Source of the DNA: Octopus vulgaris
Taxonomy: Eukaryota
NCBI GenBank assembly: GCA_951406725.2
Contig: OX597830.1
Span: 24,614,001 to 24,678,000 of the forward strand
Direction: 5' to 3'
DNA: 64,000 nucleotides
Shown here in pieces: positions 11,680 to 24,581 of the stretch (positions within the stretch are counted from its first letter, which is position 1; each line of letters starts with the position of its first letter). Made by a program: the position numbers and the translations under genes. The notes below the pieces were generated by a model that searched no databases, had not been told where the DNA came from, and was given only the letters and a program-made list of their open reading frames with translations.

Positions 11680-12857
11680 GTTAGTCTGCTTGTATTTAAT
11701 CATTTTTGCTTTATATTTGCTGTTGTTATTGTTGTTGTTACTGTTTATCCTCAACTGGGGTCCATATGATCCATGGGGGTCCATTTGACCCATTGGGTTT
11801 CATATAAGAGTTTGTTAAAATTTATGTGCGATTAATTACTCTCCCTCTCTCTTTACCCTTTTACTTGTTTCAGTCATTTGACTGTGGCCATGGTGGAGCA
11901 CTGCCTTTAGTCGAGCAAATCGACCCCAGGATTTATTCTTTGTAAGCCTAGTACTTATTCTATCAGTCTCTTTTGCCGAACCACTAGGTTACGGGGATGT
12001 AAACACACCAGCATCGGACACTTGCCCAAGCTGCCACGCAGTGGAACTGAACCCGGAACCATGCAGTTGGTAAACAAGCTACTTACCACACAGCCACTCC
12101 TACACCTATAATCACATTGTTTTGGATTAGTCCTGCAATATTTCACAACCAAGATTTCGATGATGTGATGGTGTATTTTCTGAATGACATTGTAGGGAAA
12201 GGTGCCAGATCTGTCCATTTGAGCAGAAAACTGGGAGACTATTTTGACCAGATATGGCCAGTTTCAATTCTACAAAGTTAAGCCCATTCAAAGGTGCGTA
12301 GATCTTTGTAGCTGTAGTAGTAGTTTTAACCAGTCATCTTAAATTGTTTGTGAATAAAGATTTAAGAATGAGATCACTTTTTCTTTAATGGGATTAAAAT
12401 GAATGAGATCAGGAGTAAGTTAGGGAAGAGAGGCATGGTGGGTATGATTGGTGGTGGTGGGAGGATAATCATGTTGTCAATGCAGAAGCAGTCAGTGTGG
12501 CATGGGAAACAGGGGGAGTTGGTGTGATCCGTAGTAGGAGGAGGAAAGCTAAGTTTGCTAAAAGGGTCATGTAGACTGTTGTTTTACTCTGTATCTCTTG
12601 ATATCTTTGATAAAAAGGGTCTTTCAGCTTTCATTACATATTGTTTACTAATAATATTTTTAATCATTAATTAAGACTGTCTTTTCCCCAATAAATAATA
12701 ATTTTTTTATTAACTTTTTAAATTCATTGCTTTAAATATACAGGATGTCGACAATATTGTTGTCTGAAACATAAAAACATAACATTAATAAAACTTTAAT
12801 AATAACATATTAATATGCAATTTTTGAAATTGTCTAAAGACTTATATTTTTATTTAT

Positions 12858-13162
12858 TTATGCGCCCTTTTCAAGCCTAGCCAGGCTCATGGGCCCGGTT
12901 TCCCAGTTTCTGTGGCGTATGTGTTCCCCCAGCTGGACGGGACGCCAGTCCATCGCAGCATTACTCAAGAAACAGGAAGAAAGAGTGAGAGAATGTTGGG
13001 GTGAGAGAGTACAACAGGGGTCGCCATCACCCCCTGCTGGAGCCTCATGGAACTTTAGGTGTTTTCGCTCAATAAACACAAACAATGCCCGATCTGGGAA
13101 TCGAAACTGCGATCCTCCAACCGCGAATCTGCTGCCCTAACCACTGGGCCATTATGACTCCA
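12858..13162 (-). mobile_element. tRNA-derived SINE family C (V-domain-like gcgatggactggcgtcccgtccag)
   Basis: tRNA-like head plus conserved body. Full copy at 56033-56332(+); copy with a different tail near 63650-63930(-). Confidence 0.75.
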
Positions 13163-15037
13163 TCTAAAGACTTTACATTTATCTCATTTATTCTTCATCA
13201 TCTTTGAGTCTGCTTCTTCCTTGCTTGCATGGTTTGGACAAAAATTTCTGAGGTAATATTCTATGGTTGAATGCTCTTCCTGATAGTACCCTTATTGGTT
13301 TTTTTTATATTTTGTTGTTTTTCAATTAAAGTACCTCATTCTTCTAATTCAACTATTAATTCTAATAATTAAGTTAGTGTTAAAATATTTAGTGCACTGA
13401 GCGTTAAGTTTAATTAGAAATAATTGCATGGTTGGGAAGAAAAGACAATATTTGTTAATTACTAAGCCAGCAGAACCGTTAATATGCCAGGGAAAATGCT
13501 TGGCAGCATTTCATTTGTCTTTATGTTCTGAGTTCAAATTTCACTGAGGCTGACATTGCCTTTGATCGTTTCAGGGTCGTTAAGATAAGTACCAGTTGAA
13601 CACTGAGGTTGATGCAATGGACTTACCACAACCCGTAAAATTGCTGGCCTTGTACCAAAATTAGAAATCGGTATTCTAAACACGTGACGTCACCTAGTGG
13701 ACAGTTAGTACAAGGGAGATAATTATTTCTTCATAATGTCTGGTCGGACTAGAAGTTTGAATGTGAAGTTACGAATATGGGAAAATTGAATAGAATGTAC
13801 CTGCTTTTGATTTTTTTTTTTTTTTCTTTTTCAGCTTATTCACATGGTATTAACATTTCTAGTCATTATTCTAGTCGGAAAGATGGGAGATAACTCTAGA
13901 CATAGTTCATTAGATGTCTACAATGAAAATGCAACTTCAATGTACATACTGAAGTAGAGACTCATTAAATAGCTGTACAACATTGTATTGTGGTTGGTGG
14001 TGAAAATTAGCATATTTTAGAGAATAAATAATTTAGAAATGCTATCTGTAAGGCAAAAAAACCCCAGCCAAGTTAGTACTAGCATATTTAATGCAGTGTG
14101 TTTCAAACGCTAGTTATAAATTATTATTCACAGACAAAATGCCTCTCTTCCTTCCAGGTATTATATTTACCTGCCAACTATGTTCCATAATTTTGCTTCC
14201 CACCATTAACCCACCTACACCAGTTCAAATTGATTGTTAATATATTAGTAATGTTAACAATAGGCGCAGGAGTGGCTGTGTGGTAAGTAGCTTGCTTATG
14301 AACAACATAGTTCCAGGTTCAGTCCCACTGCATGGCACCTTAGGTAAGTGTCTTCTACTATAGCCTTGGGCCGACCAAAGCCTTGTGAGTGGATTTGGTA
14401 GATGGAAACTGAAAGAAGCTCATCGTATATATGTATATATATGTATGTATATATGTATGTGTGTGTATATGTTTGTGTGTCTGTGTTTGTTCCCCCAACA
14501 TCGCTTGACAGCCGATGCTGGTGTATTTACATCACTGTAACTTAGCGGTTTCGCAAAAGAGGCTGATAGAATAAGTACTAGGTTTCCAAAGAATAAGTCC
14601 TGGGGTCGATTTACTCGACTAAAGGCAGTGCTCCAGCATGGCCGCAGTCAAATGACTAAAACAAGTAAAAGAGTAAAAGAGTATAATTAACATTAACATG
14701 TTATTTATATTTAAGGTAGCAAGCTGGCTGAATTGTTAGCACGCTGGGCAAAACGCTTAGCAGCTTAATGTCCATCCCACTTTATGTTCCAAGTTCAAAT
14801 TCCACTGAGGTTAACTTTGCCTTTCATCCTTTTGGAGTTAATAAAATAAGTACCAGTTACATACTGGGGGCAATGTATTCAACTGGCTCCCTCCTCCAAA
14901 TTTGCTGGCCTTATGTCAAAATTTGAAACCAATATATTAATTATATTTAAATTTGATTGTTTAATTAACTAAAGTGGGTCATCTCTTTAATGAATATACT
15001 GTATACTATATTGTCATTGTTTTATTTTGTCTTCTAG

Positions 15038-15101
15038 TGGCTCCATCTGTGGTGCCCGCACAGCAGAATATCTCCTTGAGAGGTCCCGTATCGTTAAGCA
15101 G
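15038..15101 (+). CDS. Myo15: Myosin motor exon (YLLERSR)
   Basis: ttctag|T...AAGCAG|gtgagt. GSICGARTAEYLLERSRIVKQ; phase joins the previous exon. Absent from the ORF track. Confidence 0.93.
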
Positions 15102-15406
15102 GTGAGTGTTGTACTTTATCATATCTTGTTCTGGTGATCATGTGAACCCTCACTCTCTCATAATACAGCATATTATATTGTTTCATTTCATTTTTAACAT
15201 CTGATTTTTCTGTGCTAGCATGGGTTGGATGAGACTTATTAAATTCTGTGGCCAGATGCCTTTGTTGTCATGAAATATTTTTTGTTTTTTCAAGTAAGGT
15301 ACTTTTCATTCCACTGGTCTTTGTATATTGAACCATTGAGCTGATGTAATGTTTATGGGAGATTGTAAACTAAGAGCCCTGTTGCATAAGCAATGTAATG
15401 AGAACA

Positions 15407-15441
<35 letters not shown>

Positions 15442-15654
15442 GGCTTTTGTACATCTTCCAGCTTCCTGATTTTACACAAGGTGTTGGTCAACCCACAGCA
15501 ATTTGCCCAAGGTACCATGAAGTGGAATCCAACCTTAAACCATGTGATTTTGAAATGCCTGTGTCTATTATAATGCATAGTAGCATACAACTTCAAAACA
15601 TACCTCTCTATACTGGCACTCCATCGGTTATGATGAGGAAGGTTCCAGCATGCT

Positions 15655-16250
15655 ACATAGTGCAACACTACAGTGTCATGTACCACACTGCACCCTGTAC
15701 TATACTACAACTGAACAGCACCACACTGCACCTCGTATCACACCACATACCATCACCTCACAATGCATCACACTGCACAGTGTAACACTATACTAGCCTA
15801 TACCACATGGCACCTTGTATCACACTGCACTGCATTTTTATCACATCATGCTGCACAGCAACACATCCCTTTACACTGTACTACACCAAACTGCAGCTTG
15901 TACCACATTACATACCAACGTACCACACCACACCCTGTACTATACTGCAGCATAGCACTACTTTACACTGCAGTACACTGTGCAGTGCTGCACTACACAA
16001 TCCTACACCACACTGTACCTTGTAGCACTTTGTATCACACCATACTGCACAGCATCATACCACCTTACACTACACTATGCCACATTGCATCCTGTATCAC
16101 ACACACACACCACATAGCACTACCTTACAATGCAGTGCAGTACAGCACTACACTATCCTACACCACATGGTACCCTGTATCACACTACACTGCACTGTTT
16201 CCTGTATCACAACACCACACCTGATTGTACCTCATTATACTGTACCACAT
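15655..16250. repeat. Degenerate pentamer-periodic repeat (CACAC/TACAC/TGCAC)
   Basis: Visible 5-nt periodicity ending about 135 bp before the exon at 16387. Confidence 0.75.
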
Positions 16251-16386
16251 ATTGAGTCAAAATTATTTTTGTTTTAATGTGTTGCGTGTGAGAATGCTGG
16301 ATGATGAGTGTTCACTCTCATCTCTGCAAGGTGGAGAGTATGAGCAGGGGTGGCCACTCATTGGTGTCATGTTTGTCTCTTTACAG

Positions 16387-16500
16387 CCGGATGATGAAAG
16401 GAACTACCATGTCTTCTATGAGATGTTGTCTGCAATGACTCTTGAGGAAAAGAAAGAATACGGACTCCAAGATGCTCCCCAGTACTTCTACCTGAACCAG
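16387..16500 (+). CDS. Myo15: Myosin motor exon (ERNYHVFY)
   Basis: ttacag|CCG...AACCAG|gtaaat. PDDERNYHVFYEMLSAMTLEEKKEYGLQDAPQYFYLNQ; phase 0-0. Confidence 0.95.
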
Positions 16501-16894
16501 GTAAATATACCACCTGATAGCTATACTGTTGTTGGATGGTGCGGGGGTGGGGGTGGCGGATTTGAATCTTGTGGAAGAGAGGATATTAGAGTGAGAACAG
16601 GGGGGATGGAGGAGGTGAAGGAACATTGGTGAGAATGAGTTATACTGAGAGAGGGAGTAGAGGGTAGTTTGGATGGAGAGTGACAGAGTAAAAGGGAATA
16701 TTAGAGAGAATGCGAGAGAGATTGTGAGGGGAAGTAGGAGGTAGTCTCTGAGTGCTTATAATATGGAAAGGACAGGATAATGACATGGGTAGGATATGAG
16801 ATGAGTGATGGGGGTATATATGGACTTATAGGATAATATCCTAGGTTCCATTCACAGAGATAACACCAACATTTCTGTACCATCAGGGCTAACA

Positions 16895-17860
16895 AAGGAT
16901 TGTCTATGCAGGTTCTTTGCATGCTTAAATTAGCAGCCAAATCTCCAAGTATTGAATAAAGGAAGTATACATAGAATGAGAGTATCTCTGAATAAAGATG
17001 AGATGGTCACAATTGGAATGCTTTTGATCTGAGGTCTGTTTGATGAGGGTTGACTCCTACTACCATCATCATGCTCACCACCACCTCCACAACTACCATC
17101 ACTATCACCACTACTGCTGCCACCACCACCTTTAAGAACCATAAAAGCTAAAATGAAAGCCCCTGCACAGTCGTTATACCTGCTGGAAATAGCAGCTAAA
17201 CTCCCTCAAATTGCACACAACATTTAAGAAAAAGATAAAAATAAGGTAATATTGAATAATGTAGTCCTTGATACATTATATCTGAAGGTAATGATGCTAG
17301 GGTCACAGCTAGAACAAGTGTGACTGAATAAAAGGTGGTCATAGCTAGAACACCTTTGATCTTAAGCTTGTTTAATTAGGGCTGTTGGAGTGCTAAGCAG
17401 TAAAATATTGTCACCATCACCACCACCATCTCCCCTATTGCGGAAGCCCGTATACAGTTGTTTAGCCTTACAGAAACAACTGCCAAATTCTAACAAATCA
17501 CCCTACCATCTTAAAGTAAGAAGGACATATTGGACAGTGTCATCTTAAATATGTACAAAATGATGGGATGGTCACAGCTGGACTACCTTTGATTGTATCC
17601 CTGCTACTGACTTGAGGCTAAACAGTAAAATATTACCTCCGCCACTACCACCAACAACTGGGTTAATAGGAGGCTTCTATGTGGTCAGTCCATCTGCTAG
17701 GAATAACAGCCAAATCTCTCTCAAATTACACCACACCATCTGAAATAAACAATCGTACATTGAACAGTTGTCCCTGATATACATAAAGACAGGATGATCA
17801 TGGCTGGAATGATTTTTGATCACGTGTCTGCTTCATCATAACCAGCTTAGATCTAAACAA
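16895..17860 (+). repeat. Tandem degenerate copies of an old interspersed repeat (family E)
   Basis: Four to five units of gctagaaatagcagccaaatct..ctcaaat...gatggtca..gctggaa..ctttgat, separated by (CCA)n. Others near 28060-28350, 47200-47400, 48200-48400. Confidence 0.65.
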
Positions 17861-18924
17861 CGTGGCCACTAATATCAACCACAGTCCCATCTAGCCTAAA
17901 GCTAACGTTGATTAATTTCCTTCAGGGATTTATATTATTATATTTAAAAAATATATGTATATATATGATTTGTTGCACTAGTTTTAAATCCAAGTGAATG
18001 TAGCCATGAAATTATAAAGTTAATTATGGAAATAATTTGACTCACAAACAAACAATAATTAGCCTGCAAAAAGTGACTTTTATGGTGGGAATGTATTGTA
18101 GAAGACTCTTTTCCTGTAAAGTTGCTGGCATTAAGAAGAGCGTCCAACCATAAAAATCATGCCAAGTGGGCCTTGCCAGTGCTGGTGTCACATAAAAAGC
18201 TCCCAGCCTGCTCTATAGTGTAGTTGGCATTATGAAGGGCATCCAGTCACAAAAAATCGTGCCAAAGCAGACCGTGAGGTGCCATGTAAAAAGCACCCAG
18301 TCCACTCTGTAAGGTGGCTGTTGTTAGGAAGGACATCCAACCATTACAAACCATGCCAAAGCAGACAGTGGAGCTTGGTGCATCCCTCTGGCTTGCCAGC
18401 TCATGTCAGTCTGTCCAACCCATGCCAGCATCAAAGACAGGTGTTAAACGATGATGATATGATGACAGAGTATCAAGGTTACTGTATTTGTTTATGAGGC
18501 ACTCTTTCACTTTGCTTCCTTTCGTTTACAATTTCAGTTTTTAAAAAATCAGAGATGTGACCAATGTATGAGGTTAAGTAAACTTGTACAGGAAATTCCA
18601 ATGTTATATAATCTATTGCAAATGAAAATAGTCACACTGAGTAACCGCATTTTTTAATGTTTGAAAACTAAACCAGAAAATGTTGTTCAGCGTTTGATCC
18701 TTTGCGCTTGCTGGCTGAACTACAAACATCAAAGAAGAGGGTAGTGGCTAGAATTATTCAATTGTATTTCTCAATGAATTTAGATACAATGGTTGCGTAC
18801 TAGAGCTTCCATGTTGTGTTCATGTTAGTCTCGCTTCAAGATGGCACCCAATGTCAGTTCCAAGCACCTTTTATACCTTTTCACCACTAGAGAGTTGCAT
18901 CACTCCAAACTAACACAAGAGTTG

Positions 18925-19161
18925 TTTCTTATTTCTTTATTGCCCACAAGGGGCTAAACATAGAGGGGACAAACAAGGACAGACAAAAGGGTTAAGTCAA
19001 TTACGTCAACCCCAGTGCATAACTGGTACTTATTTAATTGACCCCGAAAGGATGAAAGGCAAAGTTGACCTTGGCAGAATTTGAACTCAGAACGTAAAGA
19101 CAGACGAAATACCGCTAAAGCATTTTGTCTGGCGTGCTAACATTTCTGCCAGCTTGCCGCC
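18925..19161 (-). mobile_element. SINE A with TSD
   Basis: Full length; tccaaactaacac(a/t)aga repeated on both flanks. Confidence 0.85.
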
Positions 19162-19559
19162 TTCCAAACTAACACTAGATTTGATTTTCCTGCTTCCATA
19201 TTCTTGTCAGTGCGACAGCAATGAATTTTATGGGTGAGGAGTGAATGCTGAGGAAGAATGCTAACAGTGATGAGAAGGAGTGAAAGTCAAGATCAAAAAT
19301 AAAAAGTTAGAGGAATTTTATTAGGGATTGTCTGTTAGGTTGTAAGTGTGTTAAGGAAATATTTAAATCAATATTCATCATTACTTAATGGAACTGGCAA
19401 GCTGCACCAGGTTTCATGTGTTTGATTTAACATGGTTTCAAACACCAACCACTTCACAGAGTGTACTGAGTGCTTTTTATGTGGCGCCGACACCATTGCT
19501 TTATATGTGGCACCAGCATGGGAAAATATTTCATGCCAAACATTGTTATAATTGTTATT

Positions 19560-20740
19560 ACAGGTGTAAAGAGAAAATTTTCATACATTGCTGCTTTCAG
19601 TTTTGAAGCTGTGGACTTTACAGAAGTCGATGGTTACAGGGCTCCTGAGAGGGAGCTTTCTGTATCAGAGAAAGCTGTGAGCAACGGAAGAATGCTGTAA
19701 GAATTCTTACTGAAAATGCCAGAGACAGAAAAAGCTTGTAGTAAAAAGTAGACTCTATTGATATCTATGGAAAAAGAATGGTAATATAGAACAGCTAAAA
19801 GAAGTTATATACTCTGCTACAGATAAGCTTGAAGGCTACTAAGATGTTTGCAAATCCATTATTGAAAGCTTCCAATGAATGAATGAATTAATTATTTTAT
19901 GGAAAGACATGGGCTCGGTCTGCAGCAAAAAACTAACATATCTCATAAATTACAATTAAATGATACTAATAAGTACTAATAACACTAACAAATTCATTTC
20001 ACAGCCTTTATTTTGAAGCAAAGAAAACAGTTATCGACTTCAACAGGTTAGAAATATGGATGAAACTCCTATATTTTTTATCTCTTTAGAAGCAATATAG
20101 TTTATTTGAGAGAAAAACTGTTGATGTGAAGACCACAGGACACAAAGGGGTACATTTAAATGTGGTGCTTATGTTTAATATAGATGAGACTAAGCTTCTG
20201 CCAATTGTAATTTTTAAGGGAAGGAAATCAACAAAAAGGAGAGAAAATGCTACCTGGGGTTTTGATTCACAAGTGTAAAATAAACAACCAAGACACTTTC
20301 AAATGAAGAAACCACCCCTAGTATGAGAATATTTCTATGCACACAAGAGAGAAATGGTGAATGAGAAGGTCAAATCACTGAATACAACCCAAGGCAGCTT
20401 CACATCTTTGAACTGTCTTTGAATGGGATAAACCATTGGAAGAAAGGATATGTCAGATGTAGATGACCCTGCAGTCTTCTGGCCAGAAGGAACTGATCAA
20501 AGGTGATGACCTCAAGAAGCCAAGCTTGTTTCTTGTAACATTATGGTTGAAGAATGTGTCAGATCAGAGGGTATTTCAAATGAGATTGTGATAAATAATT
20601 TTCTGGAGATAGGAATATCAAATAATATAGATGAGTCATCATCAATCATCAAAGATAACTATTTGTGAACTGATGGCCATGACAGCCAAGAACTTGAAGA
20701 AGAAACAGAAAATATCAATATTATAAGATGTAGACAAAAG
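19560..20740 (+). pseudogene. Heavily decayed pogo-type (POGK-like, Brinker-DBD plus DDE) transposase
   Basis: Collinear fragments: RKFSYIAAF...GYRAPERELSVSEKAV; NMDETPIF; EKTVDVKTTGHKGVHLNVVLMFNIDETKLLPIVIFKGR; LKKPSL...NFLEIGISNNIDES. Confidence 0.7.
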
Positions 20741-21092
20741 TCGACGTATTAAGAATAGAAAGACCTTTTTGACATCCGTAATGATATTGATGCGTCTGTC
20801 TTTGATCTCTTTCAAATTGATTTTAACTTTTATTCAAGTTGTAATTTTAAGTTGTAATTAATATTGCGTTGTTAATTGATAATTCAATAATTATGCTTAA
20901 CCTTAAAATGTCCTTTGATGAGTTCTTTTATTTAATTCACTTCAATAACTTCTTTGATCTTATAATATACTTTGCAATCAACTACTGCATACAGTGGTGT
21001 CTATCCCATAACCATGATTGTAATTTCTATTTTGTCAATAAATGACAACCCATTTAATTACATAACTCCACTATTTAAAATAGACATATTCT

Positions 21093-21131
21093 GTGCTGAT
21101 GAAGGGAAGCAACCCGGAAATCACGATACAC
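21093..21131 (+). ncRNA. Minimal type I hammerhead ribozyme motif
   Basis: GUG-CUGAUGA-a-GGG-aagcaa-CCC-g-GAAA-UC-ac-GA-UA/CAC: stem I GUG:CAC, stem II GGG:CCC, stem III AUC:GAU, AUA triplet. Confidence 0.6.
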
Positions 21132-21264
21132 TAATATTGTTTTGGGCTGAGTGGAGGTGCTAGATTCCTTGTTCGAAAATATAAGGACACAGATCGTGTC
21201 GTATAGCCAGCTGGAGACAAGCTGCCTTAGTGGCAAAAATTTGAAATCATTATTATTATTATTA

Positions 21265-21337
21265 TTCCAGCTAGCTCAGTTGGTAGGGCATGAGACTCTT
21301 AATATTGGGGTTGTGGGTTTGGTCCCCACATTGGGTG
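21265..21337 (+). pseudogene. tRNA-Lys(CTT) pseudogene
   Basis: 73 nt, ungapped against canonical metazoan tRNA-Lys-CTT (gctagctcagt.ggtag.gcatgagactCTTaa...). About 14 substitutions; anticodon stem and TTC loop broken. Confidence 0.85.
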
Positions 21338-21344
21338 TACATTT

Positions 21345-21801
21345 TAAAGTGGTGAGCTGGCAGAATTATTAGGATGCTGAATGAAGTGCTTCATGGTATT
21401 TCGCCCAACACTGCATTCCAAGTTCAAATTCCATTAGGTCAACTTTGCCTTTCATCCTTTCAGGGTCGATAAATTAAGTACCAGTTGAGTACTGAGATCG
21501 ATATAATCGACTATCCACCTCCCCCAAATTTCAGGCCTTGTGCCTTTAGTAGAAAGGATTATTAAAATTAGGGTGGCGAGCTGGCAGAAACGTTAGCGCG
21601 TTGGGCGAAAGGCTTAGTGGTATTTCGTCTGCCGTTACGTTCTAAGTTCAAATTCTGCCGAGGTCGATTTTTGCCTTTCATCCTTTCGGGGTCAATAAAT
21701 AAAGTACCAGTTAACACTGGGGTTGATGTAATCGACTTAATCCCTTTGTCTGTCTTTGTTTGTCCCCTCTATGTTTAGCACCTTGTGGCCAATAAAGAAA
21801 T
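21345..21801 (+). mobile_element. Two tandem SINE A copies ending ~20 nt before a myosin splice acceptor
   Basis: Second copy ends ttgtggccaataaagaaat, followed by (att)n-tttcag|exon. Confidence 0.85.
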
Positions 21802-21822
21802 ATATTATTATTATTATTTCAG

Positions 21823-21984
21823 GGTAACAGCTGTACTATTCCAGGCCGAAATGATACTGAGAACTTCCGTGCACTTACTGAAGCCATGGATGTTTTGGGA
21901 TTCTCCAGGACAGAAAAGAAAACTATCCAAAGTATATTGGCTTCTGTTCTGCATCTGGGTAATATCTATTTCTGCAAAACCAAT
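21823..21984 (+). CDS. Myo15: Myosin motor exon (LHLGNI)
   Basis: tttcag|GGT...ACCAAT|gtaagt. GNSCTIPGRNDTENFRALTEAMDVLGFSRTEKKTIQSILASVLHLGNIYFCKTN; phase 0-0. Confidence 0.93.
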
Positions 21985-22415
21985 GTAAGTATATGGTGTT
22001 GGTAGATTTTATTGTTGTAGTTGCTTATAAAGATGTCATTTGCTTCTGTGTTGTTGTTGTTGATTAATATAAGGTTATGAGATGTTTATATGATGTAGTT
22101 GTAAATATAAAATTGAGAGATGGTCAGGTACTGCTGTTTAGGATAGAGGTCTAGAGGTTTTGCATAGTGTATATTGTCCTTCTAAAAATGTATACTGGGA
22201 GCATTAATTTAAGAATGATGAATTTATTACCATGTTTAAGACAGTTATGTGCCTAGGAACAAGAGTGGTTATGTGGTAAGTAGCTTGCTTACCAACCACA
22301 TGGTTCTGGGTTCAGTCAAACTGTGTGGAACCTTGGGCAAGTGTTTCCTACTATAGTCTTGGGCTGACCAAAGCCTTGTGAGTGGATTTGGTAGATGGAA
22401 ACTGAAAGAAGCCTG

Positions 22416-22454
<39 letters not shown>

Positions 22455-23203
22455 GTGTGGGGGAGTATGTGTGTGTCTGTGTTTGTCCCCCACACCATCA
22501 CTTGACAACTGATGTTGGCATGTCTACATCCCTGTAACTTAGCAGTTTGGCAAAAGAGACCAATAGAATAAGTACTAGGCTTACAAAGAATTTGTCCTGG
22601 GGTTGATTGGTTCAACTGAAAGCAGTGCTCCAGCATGTCTGCAGTCAAATGACTGAAACAAATAAAAGAATATAATATATATACTAACTATGCAACTCAA
22701 TAGACCTTCACTGAATGGAAACAGAAATACTGTTGTTATGTGTCACATCTGCTGAGAAACACTTCAAAGTATGGAAATGTTTTCTATTTAGAATCCAGTC
22801 ATGGGGAAGTCTGTGCAGTAGTGTTTAGAATAGAATTGTTGCTATTGTACTGTTTAAAACAGGATCTTCACGTGTTTGGGTATTCTGGAGTTAAATTATG
22901 GCGGGGTCATAGCTGATTGTGTGTTGTAGTTCATGGAGGACAGTGTCTTGAATAGCTTGGCATTGGTGGTTAGCTGACTAACTGAAGGCTCAACAATACA
23001 TTTCTGCCTTTGACACTGTGACATGTCCTTGTATATATATATATATTTATATATATATATATAACAACAGAAGGATAAAGCCAACAGGATGTGCACCTAT
23101 GAAAGTGTACACAATTGTGTACACATTTTACTTTTCAACCTGACCCAGTGCCTTATCATTTAGGTGCCTGATTCACTTGACTCTCTCTCTATATATATAT
23201 GTG

Positions 23204-23259
<56 letters not shown>

Positions 23260-23476
23260 CTCTTACTCCTTTACTTGTTTCAGTCATTTGACTGTGGCCA
23301 TGCTGGAGCACCGCCTTTAATCGAGCAACTCGACCCTGGGACTTGTTCTTTTGTAAGCCCATTACTTATTCTATCGGTCTCTTTTGCTGAACCGCTAAGT
23401 AACGGGGACATAAACACACCAGCATCGGTTGTCAAGCAATGATAGGGGGACAAACACAGACACACAAACACACACA

Positions 23477-23508
<32 letters not shown>

Positions 23509-23665
23509 CGACAGGCTTCTTTCAGTTTCCGGCTACCAAATCCACTCACAAGGCTTTGGTCAGCCCAAGGCTATAGTAGAAGACACTTGCCCAAGGTGCC
23601 ATGCAGTGGGACTGAACCCAGAACCATGTGGTTGGTAAACAAGTTACTTATCACACAGCCACTTA

Positions 23666-23704
<39 letters not shown>

Positions 23705-24170
23705 ATATATATATATGTGTGTGTGTATATATATGTGTGTGTGTGTGTATATATATATGTGTGTGTGTGTGTGTGTATATATGTGTGTGTGTATATATAT
23801 GTGTGTGTGTATATATATATGTGTGTGTGTATATATATATGTGTGTGTATATATATATATAGTGTGTGTGTATATATTATATATGTGTGTATATATATGT
23901 GTGTGTGTGTGTATTGCCAGTAAATCATAAATCCCAAAAAGAAGCACACCCCAAGTTATAGAACAGTATAGTATAAAAATAAATAAGGCTGATCTATGGA
24001 ATTACTCTGGATTTCACATCAATGGGTTTACCATAAAGCTAAGTGCTTTATGGACGTGAAACGCAAGTTAATCCAATAGACCAGCCTTATCTCTTTATAT
24101 ATAGATAGATTGATAGATAGATATTGCATTTCTAAATCTCTAAGAGAGATTTATACAGTAACAGCATGAT

Positions 24171-24581
24171 AAGGTGATTTAATGTTGCCAACTTAATGTG
24201 ACAGTTCCAGGAAAGGGAAAAATGCTACTGCTATTTAGCCCTAGGAAACTACGTTTCCAGTTGGCCTTGACACATTTTCTGTGTCCTTATGTTTTCAAAG
24301 GGGGAGATAAGCACCTCCACCCAACAAAGCCAGCATTCAGAGACTAGGTTCGGATTCATTGCTCATCATCAGTCTGGAGTAGCATGGCTTGCTAGGTGTC
24401 GATGCTTATTCACCTTTGAAAGCATATATATTTCAAGTGAAATACATTCACTGATTTCAAAAATAGAAATATTGCATTTGTGTCATGGTCAACTGGAAAG
24501 GTGTTTCCTAGGGCTAAATAGTCGTAGCATTCTTCCCTTTCATGGGACTGCCACATTAAGTTAGCAACATAACATCACCTT
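24171..24581 (-). mobile_element. Fold-back element with central hammerhead-like motif
   Basis: Outer arms 24171-24273 and 24479-24581 are imperfect inverted repeats and inner pairing continues. The tip (24339-24375, minus strand) reads AGA-CUGAUGA-...-GAAc-CUAG-UC/UCU. Confidence 0.6.

Noticed and set aside
11387-11793. Minus-strand ORFs over the first myosin exon
   Set aside because: Antisense shadows of the real + strand exon.
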